From: the human T2T-CHM13v2.0 reference genome, Homo sapiens
Reading direction: 5' to 3' (one strand)
Assembly: GCF_009914755.1 (NCBI RefSeq)
Contig: NC_060939.1
DNA: 64,000 nt
Shown here: positions 11,697 to 23,300 of the stretch, piece by piece
Layout of the letters: every line of letters begins with the position of its first letter
Numbering within the stretch: position 1 is the first letter of the stretch
Position numbers and translations under genes: made by a program
The notes under the pieces: model-generated
Database searches by the model: none
Told to the model about the DNA's origin: nothing
Seen by the model: the letters and a program-made list of their open reading frames with translations, nothing else

Positions 11697-14600
11697 CATG
11701 AAGCAAGCACATCCCATCCCTCCCAGCTGTCACTGTGCCATCATCTGCTAGTACCCTCTTGGGGTCTCCCCACAAAGTGGAAGCAGGGATTGGGCCTCCC
11801 CCATCTCTACAAAGGCTGCCCAACCCTGAGAATGGGCTGCGTGCACTCTGCAGAGTCAAAGCATGAACAGGAAAGCTGTTCGCTCAACATTTTAAAGAAA
11901 TGTTTATTTTTTGGAGGGTGGCGCTTGGGGGAGGGGAAGTTCCTGGAAATGGAAAGCTGGCTTAACAGAAGCCCTCCTAACAACAGTAATGACCGCTGAT
12001 ATCACCCACCCAACTCGCCATGTGTGCATCCACAATAACCCCGCGGAGAAGGCGCTTGTCAACATCTCCACTTTTCAGATGGGGAAACTGATGCCCAGCC
12101 ATTAAGTGATTTCACTAAATGACTTCCTACCAAGAAGCCAAATTTTGACATTTCAAGAGAGCTTAGAGAAATATTTTTGAAAGAAAAACCACCATTAAGG
12201 TTAATAATTGACAGCACTTCTGATTAGAACAGCTGTTAAAACAGCATTGGATCCAACTCAAACAAGCTCTAAACATCAGTTCCAAAAAAGGAAAAAAAAA
12301 AAAAAATCAAGTGTGACTTCAACAATTGGGACAGGTCACAAATCACAAACTGGAACTCGATCGTATGTTGGAAAACTCCTTTTGGCAACTTGGCGCAATC
12401 CGTTATCGATAAGGCGGCTGTAGTTTCCAGAGGCCGACCTCCATCCTTCCCTCCATCTCGGTCCCACAAAGCCACTGCTTTTGAGCCAGGTCTTCAGAAG
12501 CGAATCTGAGAGGTGGTGGGAGGTGGGAAGATGGCTCCCTTTGGAAAGCACTTTGGAAAAGGTGTTCAGGGAGGCTGGTGCCGCCTTTGAAAGTTTCTTT
12601 TCAAGTATGGTTCAAAGCAGGCGCTTTGTTGGTGGAAAAACATTGTTCCTCAGAAGGAACTAATCTACTAGATACAGACAGAGAAGCAGTTCAGAGAAAT
12701 GGGGACAGAGGTCCTGCTACATCCGGAATCTGCACTACCAACTGGGCGCTGGGAGTAACATCTGCCCTGCATCTCTGTCAAGATTGTTAGGCAAATAAAT
12801 GACAGAAAACAAGATAGTGGGGGGCAAGTGTAATTTCCCAAACAGCAATCTGTTCCATGCGCCTTAGTAGCTCCCATTTGCATGATCATCTCCTCATTAA
12901 AGCAGGACCTCTGAACATCTTGCTGTAAACCGAGGGTACTTGAGCATTCTAAAAGTCTATTTCTCTAACCACAGTCTAGTATTCACGTTTGCTGCTACTT
13001 CAGACTATCCTTGGCCCTTGACCCAAGACACTAAATTAAGGGAAACGGAGCCTGCTCTTGATCTGTACCCCCCAGCAACCTCCTGCTCCTGGGCTTGCAG
13101 CACCCAGCCAGTCCTTGCCCTTATTTTTAATTTAGGTGACTGTGTCCAACACACCGTCGAGAGCTACTTCCACCAGAGAGTCTGTCTGCTAGTTAGTTTT
13201 AAACTGCCCTGTCGTGTGTACCTGTGGACTCTGAATGCACAATTCCTTTTAACCTCAGCCAAATAAAGGCAAGGAGAAGAGAAAACTGCCCCTTCAAAGA
13301 GTGTGTTATGCTCCAACGCCACGCAGAGATGAGCTGGCTTCTACCTCCAATTCTGCCTCCATTTAGTTGTGTGGCTTTGGGCAAATCACTTCCCTTCTCT
13401 AGGCATTAATTTCGTTGTCTGCAAAATGAAGGGATTAACTAGATAACGTATAAGATCCAGGAGCCCTAATTTAGAGTTTTAGAACCCTAAATATTCCCGA
13501 ATTAGCGTGCAGCTTATCATTTCCTCCATAAAACAGAGCATCACATGAATTTACAAAAGACCAGCAGAGAAGAGCCAAGCCACCTTGAGATGTGGATGGA
13601 TGCTGGCTGGTTGCTGGGCAGCTGGCTGACCTGGGCTGGGTCCCAAGGACCAGTCTTCAGAGCACGAGCCATTCAAATCTGTCCATCAGCAAAACTGCGC
13701 TTCACTGTGGAAGAGCCTCTAGGCAAGAACAATGATATCATACTTCTAAGTGTCAAGCCCCTACTGTGCAGTTTCTGTGATTCAAAAGGGAAGACTGGTT
13801 GGTGAGGCTAAGACAACCAGGCCAGGGTTCTCCAAGTTGTTGCATTCAGCGGGAAGTAATTCCACGTCTGTGAGACAGGCAAGCGGCCATCCCATGCTAC
13901 TAGGCTTCTAGTTACATTTGTGAAATGAGGATTTCTTCTTCAGAAAATCAGGGCAGTGTCATGCAAAGAGCATGGTACTGTGAGTCTGAGACCAGTTTGC
14001 GGATGTGTGTGAAAGATGAGATGAGGAAGGGACCTGCCCATTTGAAAGGTGAATTACATTGCAAAGCCATGGGGAAGTGACGATTTTCATCCCAGCAGGC
14101 CTCTGGGTCTCAGGTTACTCCTCTAGAAAATGTGTGTGTTTGGGGGTGTCATCTCAGTCAGCTCTGAGGTTCTTAAATTTTAATCAGGTTTTACCTACTT
14201 CTCTGACTGAGTCCTTGGAGTTTGAAGAGAGTCTGCTTCATCTTGATTTAAATCCCAGAGCTGCAGGGAAAGGCTGGGGTGGGAGGCTGTGCAGAAAGAG
14301 GTGGCCCTGGCCCCAACCTTCCCAGCAGCCTCCCAGCAGCCAGGCGCCAATCACCCAGATTCAGAATACCACGTCTGGGCAATTTTAACTTAAAATATCC
14401 CATTGCATTTCCTAGGCAATACTAAATGGATAGCCTCTCAATGATGTGACTAAAAGAGGATAGTCCTTGCCAGGTAGTTTCTCCTTAGGCCGAGCTCAGA
14501 GAACACTGAAATAAAACAAGTGGGTGTTTTATCAACAGAGGAAGAAATCCATGGGGGGGCCGGGGGACAGCCAACAAAAGCTGGGGTGGGGTTCTCAGGC

Positions 14601-16454
14601 CCTGCTCCATCCACGCCATGGGCTCTGAGGGGAAGCAGTGCTACAATGTAAGAAGGGGAGGAGGGTCAACAAATGATCTATGCAGCAGCCTTGGGAAATG
14701 TAGCCCCTCCCGCTACTGGAGGGGCTGGTGAAGGTTCACATCACAGATCACTCAATGACAGGTGAGCCTTCTTAAAGGCCCTTTTAGCACTGACATATTG
14801 ATCAAATTATATATAACTACAACGCCATTAAATATTTATGCCCTCCGAGGAAGCCTGCTGAATTCTTTATGCTGGGAGGACTTGGTACAAGAAAGGCCCA
14901 GCCCCCCTCAGCGTGACCCTGAGGATCTGTCTCCTCCGGAAGGGAAGGGGATGCTGGCCTGAGCCGGCCTGTGAGGACACTCTGGGCACCAGCCCCTGTA
15001 CCCTTCACAGGCGGGTGAGGATGACAGTGAGGAGCCAGGGCAGGGAGGAGGAAACACACTCACCCTTCCCCAGCTAGGACCGATCAACGGCAAGGGACTC
15101 TGGGGTTGCTGGGGTTGGGACGACCCTTCTGCACACTTCCCTGAAAGGAATCCCACCTCCTCTTTTCTTCCAGGGGTCTACAGTGTAAGGGAACTGGGGA
15201 TGGTTAGGCCAAGCTAGCATGCATCCAGGCAACCCAACCCCAGAAACAGGTAGCAACATACAGTCTAGAGTCCTGCATTCCTAGCCCAGATCCATCCTGC
15301 ACTTGGGCCTCAGTTTCCGAATAAAGAAGTCCAATCTGAGTCCAGTGTAATAATCGGAGCTCTCAAAAATGAATTAGGTGCTGTGTGAGTGCCCTGCCCT
15401 TGGGAGCATTCCATGGAGACCCAACAGAGACTTGGAGGCAGACACCACAGGGCCCAGATGACAGCTCAAGTCCCTCCTGGCTTTAGGACTCTAAGAGTTT
15501 CATTCCTCAGACTTTCAGTTTCCATCTACCGGGCTTCCTGTTAACAAGATCCAATAATCTTTAAATATTTGTTCACTTTAATTTCTTGGTTCCCAAACAC
15601 ACTAAACTCTGCTTGCCTCCCACCCCTACTTGTGGGGGGAGATGGCTCTCAAAGAGCTTGCTTGTACAGACAGAACAGGGAGTGCTTTTTCAGATTATAC
15701 CTTCCCCCAACACTGCCCATTCATCCCAGGCACACCGCCCCCACCCTTCCCTCTCTCCTTCCCCCTCCTCCCTCCCCTCAGATAACCCCCTGCCCCCTCC
15801 CCCACCTTCCCAGACTCCATTGGCCAACTCCTGCCAGGAGGAAAAATTCTCAATTCATCCCTGTGGGGTTGCCATGGCAACCCCCAGCCACCTAATCCCC
15901 CTTGGAACATTATGCAAATCTCCCCTTGCCCCTCAACAGGCTGTAAAAGTCACATTACCCTTGCAGAGACAGCTCATTAAATTTTGGGGGTCTCCCCCCA
16001 TCAGGTCAGCACTACAAATGAAATGCTGGCTAGGACTTCTTAAGGGCAGGGACTCTTTGGAAAACCCAAGTGGCATGAGGGAAGAACAAGGTGAGGGGCA
16101 GAGACAGAGCCCCATTCTATCTACCTACCATCTTATTCACAACCAAAGAGCATACCTGTTCCGTAAATTAAAATAAAAAGGGTTAGAGGGTCTTCTTTCT
16201 CCAAATAAGGAAGGCAGGAGTGATGGCATTTCTTAGGCTATAAAAATCAAGATCGGTCATTTAGAAACTTATTTTATATGATATGCTCCTTCTCAAACTG
16301 ACCTCCTCCCAAGCCACACCATTTGACCTCTCATTTTACAGATGAGTCAAATGAGGCCCAGAGAGGGCAAGAAGCTGTCACACAGGAAGACCACACAGGA
16401 AGACCAGGTGGTAAGCAAATCTCCCAGGTTAGAGCCAGACTCCTTCCTCTATAA

Positions 16455-16664
16455 CAAGGCCTCTCAACCAATAGTAATTGTTTCCCCCAAGGGATTCTGG
16501 CAATGTCTAGAGACATTTTTGGATGTTACAACTTGGGCACTGATAACAACAACTAGTGGGTAGAGATTAGAAATGCTGTTAAACATCCTAAACACAGAGG
16601 ACAATCCCACCACAAAAAATTATCCAGTCCCAAATGTAAACAGCGCCCAGGGTGGCAATCCCTG
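16455..16664. mobile_element. MER20 DNA transposon
   Basis: GGCAATGTCTAGAGACATTTTTGG...ATGCTGTTAAACATCCTA...AATTATCCAG.CCCAAATGT. Confidence 0.78.
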
Positions 16665-17189
16665 ATCCACATGTGGCTGATGCTCATGTTTTACTGAATT
16701 CTGAAAGGTTTCATCTGGTTTCTTCCCAGCACTGGAACTGATGCCTGTAGTATGGTGGTCTGGGGGTAGACATGTGGGAAGACCACAGAAGACCTCATCT
16801 TGATATAGCCTATGGATAAAGATCACTGAGGTCCACGAGGGAAGCAGGCCTGGTTTCCAGTTCTGAATTGGCCACTGGTCTGCTGTGCAACAATGAGCAA
16901 GTTACTCAACCTCTTTAACCGTCAGTGCTGCTATCTGATGCGTGGCGCCCACGGTGCCTACACTGCAGGACCGTAGAGCCAACAAGTCACATATGGGAAA
17001 GGGCTCTGAGAAATCTTACAACATATGCAACACCAAGGATCTTGTCCTCTATGTCGGAGGCCTTGACAATTTGGGGACTCTGTCCCCTTGTGAGAATACC
17101 TTGCTTCGGCCTTTCCATGTGCAAGGTTTTGTGCTAAGCAGGCTATATGCATCCTTCATGGCACTCCCTATAACTGTAACTGTACAATT

Positions 17190-17374
17190 TATGAAGCCAC
17201 CAGCCACCCGTGGCTAGCTAAATTTAATTAAAATTAAATTTCAAACTCAGTTCCTCAGTCGCAGTAGCCATATTTCAAGTGCTTAAGAGCCACACGTGGC
17301 TGGTGGCTGCCTTACTGAAGAGTGCAGACATACAGCATTTCCATCACTGAAGAAAGTTCTACTGGACAGCACTG
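17190..17374. mobile_element. MER3-like hAT-Charlie element
   Basis: AGCCATATTTCAAGTGCT...GCCACACGTGGCT...CATTTCCATCA...AGAAAGTTCTA.TGGACAGCACTG. Confidence 0.72.
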
Positions 17375-20300
17375 CCGCAACAGGCAGGTGTTATTATTAT
17401 CTCCACTGCAAACTGAAGATCACAGAGGTCAAACAGTCTGCTCAAAGTCACACACCAACATGAACTGATCTGGGACTCAAACCCACATTTGTCTGACTCC
17501 AAAGCCAACCTCTTAGCCATGAAGACAAATCTCCCAGCTTCTGGTGCTCTATACCTAACTCTCCAGGATCACCCGGCAAGAACTTGTGATCTTCTGAGGG
17601 AGAAAGGGAATCCACTGGCCAAGAAAAACTGGCTTGCTGGGAACCCACCCCATCCATCATCCAGTAGGCCCAATGGGCATTCAACATCCTGGGAGTTTAA
17701 AAAGGGAGTTTGCCCAATATCCCTGGGCAAATGGATAGTGAGGAAGAGCTGGGTAGGGGTCTCTTGAGAAGTAAGGTAAAAAACCAGGTAAAAGAATAGT
17801 GAGAAAACCCAAAAGGCTAAGAGAAAGGGGTATCTAGACACTTCTCAAGTTCCTGCAGACCAGGCCTGTGGGTGCCTGCCACACACAAGGACTGGGTGAC
17901 ATGGAGACCGACACCAGGCCAACAGCAGCAGGACCCTGCAGGAGAGGGGCATGTCTTTCGAGCTCTAAACCAGGCTGCTTCTCCCCCATTTCAAGTCTGG
18001 CTTCATGGAGATCCCCCATTTCTCTGGGATAAAGTATGAAAACCCAGCGATTGAGGGATGGGAGACAGGGATTGTACCATCAATCTCAATTCTTCCTGTC
18101 TTTCCCCAGGACTTCTGTTGTTAGGCAAAGCAAAATAAGAACTGGACTTCAGCTTTCTTCACTGGAGAGAGAGATCAGAGGAAGGGGCCTCCTTCTAGGA
18201 AAAGAAGCAGGTAAGGGTTTAAGGATGAGCTGAAGACCTATTGACCAATCAGTGCCAACAGGCTCACTTCCTCTGTCTCCCCTGCTCCTCCTTCCTCTAT
18301 CCCACCCGACCAGTTAGACCCTCACTCCAGACCATCTGGCATCACCTGCTGCTTCTGAGCCCTCTGAGTGTCCTACTTCTTCCTGGACAGAGGCCAGGAA
18401 GGTTAATAGAAGTTCTTGTACCTCACCCCCACCAGAGAGCTAGAATGGACTCCCATCCCTTGTCCACTAGTCTGCACTGAACTGCCTTCCTCTTCTCATT
18501 TTCCCCAGCAGAAATCACAAAGCATCACCGGTTCCAAAGCATGCCCCTGCCAGTATTATCAGAATTAATCAGTTTCAGATCCAAACTCAGCAAAGACCTG
18601 TCGAGGGCTAGCCCAAGGGAAAGATTTGGGAAGTGGGTGAAAGGCCGCCTCCTCCAACCTTTTGGTCATATAGCTGGCAGGGTGGTGGAGTCTAAACCTC
18701 AAGTCTTCATGGCTGACCAGGAAGGGAGAGCCCTCTCCTGTACCCAAATTGCATTTGGTATTCAGTGCTAAAACACTAGTGGGAAGAGCTCTTCTGCATT
18801 TGGGTCTCCACTTGAGGAAAGGGTCAGCCTTCCAGCGCAAACGAAAAAGAAACTTCTATCGGCCTGCGGTAGTTTTCATTCAAAATTAACAAACAAAAAA
18901 AGCAGTAGAAGAACTGTGAACAATAGTCAAACTTAAAAGGCTCATGAGATAAGGCCACAACACTTGGAACTCCATGCCCAAACAGCCAAGGCATGGCAAG
19001 CCGAGTTTACCAATTCACCCACTCAGCACTTGTCTCTTCCGCATCTCTGCTTTGTCATCTCTTCCTCCCAGTTATCTCTTCGCACCCCCACCCTGCCTTC
19101 TTCCCCTTTTGCACTTAAAACTGTCCATAGTGTGAGATGAAAAGAAAAAGATGCCTAAGATACATTAAAGACACTTTTAAATAAAGGCTCATGACACCTT
19201 TACAACTCTTTCTACAAACACAACGTTTGCAGCCTACAGGCCTCTGTCAGAAAACTAAGAAAGCTTCTATCCTTCCCAAAGAGTCCATAACACTATTCAG
19301 GGTCAGAGAGAACCCTGAGCTGGAATATTACCTTCCTTCCTTGAGTCCCCACAAAATGCACACTGTGTATCCAGTATGGGCCAGGCACTGCTCAGGGTTC
19401 AGGACCCTTAGTGAAAACACATACAAAATGGTCCTGTCCCTCACGGAACTCACAGTCCTGTCACAGCACAGGCCTCACCTCCCCAACCCCAATTTGAGAA
19501 CACAGCCCTCTAGTACACAGGTCATCTTCACACCCCAAGCTTTCAGGGTATGCTCTGATGCTTTTATCCTGGTGTCTGTCTGTCCTGGACCCAAATACCC
19601 ATTATTTTAGCTGCTAAGATGAAAATGTCGAATCTGCTTTGCAATCAAGTGCTACAGAAATTCTAAGAGGCCGTAGCATTATAATCTATAATATCTGGAA
19701 GATCAAATTTTTCAAACAGTTTGTCCTCTGGAAAGTACTTCCCCTGGGATTATTTGGTGGTGGCAGCAGCCAGAACACTGGATCCTATCCTTCACACAGT
19801 GGGTGATGGAAGGAACCACCTAAGACACACGAGCCAAGCCCATCCATGCTCCTACCCTTTACCAAGAGCAGCCAGCCTGGGAGAGAACAGGACAACATAG
19901 ACTTCAGGCCCCAACAGGGTTTCCCTGGCCTCTCAGGCCCCACAGATGGGAAGTTGCTTCTCTCTTCTCCCTTCACAGGACACATTGGCAATGGGAGGCT
20001 TTGGTGACAGAGAGGCAAAGGAAACCTCTTCCAAAGGACTGCATTTTCAAAGCAATAATGAAGTCGGCTGGTGTGAAGGGGAGAAAAGTATTTGTTCTCA
20101 GATAAAATCTGCCGGGTGGACTAGCCGGGCCCCCTGGTTAACCCTCCAAGCCTGGTGTGAACCTGTACTTAAGAATACAAGTCCTTGCCCCACCCACCCT
20201 GTTGATTTCCAGACGGGCCTCTTGGGCCATCAACTCTGCAGCAAACAGCCTCCTAGAATCTGATTCCTTAGCGGTCATGGCCTGACTCTCCAACACGGTG

Positions 20301-23300
20301 ACCCCTCTCCTCCAGCCCTCCCCCAAAAGGTGGCCTCTGCCTAAACATTCACAGTGACAGCTCTGCAGCCCACCGATTGTGCAACATCCTTAGCAAAGAA
20401 AAGAATTCAAAATCAATGCTGATGCGAATTCAGACTCTCCCATTACCTCCTTGAGAAACGCAAGGTCCTAAGGACCCTCAGTAGGGCAAGGCTGACCCAC
20501 AGCTTGCTGCCTGCAAAGGACGATGCTTCAAAACAACAAACCCACCAAATATTCCCCGCTTACATGGCGGCAGGACGTTTCCCCCTTCCTTAAGTTTCTC
20601 CTTAACCCCAACTTGAAGGGAACAATTATTTTATAAAGAATTTTTTTTAAATATGTATTTTGAAGGAGAAGAGAAAGCCAAAAGAAGAAAGGAAAAGGAA
20701 AAAGGAAGAAAGCATCTTGGCTGTGAGTCTCAGAGAGCATTTGTTGAAAACAAGATATTGTCCCTTTAAGCATATAAAAACAAGGCCCTTGAGCACGCAG
20801 TTCTCACTCTGGTACACAATTATGGGTGCTTTCAGCTGTCTAGCACTACTTCAAGTGCTCTCTTAAACCAGACTGTCAATGGCATGTTGAAAGCTATTTT
20901 GCTGGCTGCTATCATTAATAGCAAAGTGGAGAGCTGGGCTGATGAGAATTAAATATGGGGGAGGGGGCGGGTCATAACCAGTCATTACAGAATTACCAAT
21001 ATGAGAAAGGAGACAATGCCACTTTGGGGAATAAAGTTCAAAGCAGCATATTACGGTAGGAAAGCAGGCAGAGCAGGCCACAAACGGCCCAGAGCGGGCC
21101 CCCGCCCCCGCCCCCACCCCCACCCCGCGGCAGATGGACTCAGGCCAGCCCTGGAGAGCCAGCCATGCAGGGATGCAGGGAGCCACCGGGTGGGGAGCCG
21201 CGACTGCAAGGGCAGAGGGGCCTTGGAGATCGCTCTGCTGCAAAATGTCACCACCTCGCCTCACTTCCCAAGTGCAGTCCCCGCCCCACATCATTCCGAA
21301 GACGTGTGGCTTCTAGAACATATCTCACTGCCTTGCCGCGAGCTGTTGCCACCCTGGAGGGGCCTCGGCTGCCGACTTCTGCCTCATAAACCCTACCCTC
21401 CCTTTCAGACTCGCGCCAAGCAAAGCCCTCAGTGAAGTCTGCTCTCACCCAAGAAGAATAAGCTGTTCTGTGCTGGGTGCTCCTCCTATGACACTTGGGC
21501 CACATTAGCACTTACCTCACTGCATTGCAATTACTTCTTTAGACATCCGACTCCCCCGCAGAGGGAATGGTGTCTTATTCGGCTGTGTAACCAACCCCAG
21601 CCCACACCCAGCACATCCCAGTCCCCTAATAACTGCTTTGGGAATGAATCCAACCCCCTCATTTCACTGATGAAGAAACTGGATGCTGGGCCATAGGAGG
21701 AAGCCTGCAGAGCGGGCGGCCAGCCCACAACTAAAATCCCCACTTCCTACTCACAGGGCTCAGGGAATCGGAACTCTACTCTCAGATAACCTGAGTAAAT
21801 TTTGAAGAAAAACCAAGATGTTTACTGAGCACCTATTACATACTAAGTGCTATAGAGACCTCAGCAGAGGGGCTTCCTTCATACCTACAAAAATGAGATG
21901 AGGAATGAGTGCCAGATCACAGGGGAAAACACTGCCAAGCTTAGGTCTTTGTCACGTTTTTGCCCCTGGTGTCCCAGTATTTTGTACAAACAATGAGACA
22001 GAATGACATTCTCCCACGTAGAAAGCAAAAGGAGATTTATTCCTTGACTGACTCACTCCTTCAACAAAATGGAAACAAACAGCCTAGGTGGGAAGGAGGA
22101 GTTCAAGGAAAGGAAGAACTCCGTGTCTGCCACGGGCTCCTGGTCCAAGAGAGTTCAGAGAATGAGTCCCGAATTAGGAGCCAGGTTCCCACCCGTTGAT
22201 CTGTAAAGTAAGGACAAGGGGCCATTTGCTCATCTCCCAGGGTCATTTCAATGACAAATGCACAAGAAGGAAAAGACCCCAAAAGCACTGAAACCCCCAC
22301 TCTACCACTCCCACTGGCAACTAGAGAAAAGGGGTCCAAAGGCAGTCTTGAGGGGTGGGGCAACCTCCCTCTAGCTAGACAGCATGCAGGGAGCTTGGAG
22401 CCCAGAAGACCCCAAAGCTGAGCGAGGCAGGCACCCACTCAGTGAGAGGACTCGTGATTACAGTCTGTTCCAGGGAAGATCAATATAGCAGGAAAAGTCA
22501 AGACAGATACCAGGGCATGGGGCCGGGTGGGAGGGTTCTTGGATGCTAGCACTCTGGCAAAAAAGAAAAAAAAAATTTCACAGCTCAACTCAGATGCCAC
22601 ACAAATAGGCACTTCCCTAGTCTAAGGACCTTTGACCCCTTCTACTTTGCAAGTGGTCCCACATTCTCCTATCAAGATAGGCTCAACTCCTTGGCAGAGT
22701 CCTTTGTAACCTCATTGCCTGGTAGCTCCCTCTGGCCACCTGTACCTTGCACCTTCACCGTGGTCACAAAACTTCTGTGTGCCTCAAGATCTTCCAGGTG
22801 AGCCCCTTATCATTTAGATGAGAAGATCCAGAGCGGGGAGGGGAGGGGAGTGACAAATGGGGATTTTCCATTTCCTACCTCAGCCCTGTGTTTATGGCAC
22901 CCCATGGCTAGGGTAAAAAGTTCACAGGTTATATATACCACCTTTCCCGGTCTGTGAATCTTTCCTCTGGGATTGCTAGTTATGCATTATGTATTATTAT
23001 TACACACATCAAATCATTAGTTGTGCAAATAGCTGGCAATTCAAAACAGGACTGTGGACAATAAGGGTTCAGTGATATGATTATACAACCCGAAATGGGG
23101 CACTTTGGACTTTGGTGGGGCCAGTTTTGTAGCCTTAGCCTGTTTGGATAATAACACAGAAAGAAGCAATAGTAATTAAAGACACAGAATACACTAGAAA
23201 AGGAGCACTCTTCATTTCTTGAGTCTTACAGAAAAGAGTCCTGGGTTGGAAGGGAAGCAGCAGTAGCAGCTTTACCACTAACGTGGGACTGTATGACTGA

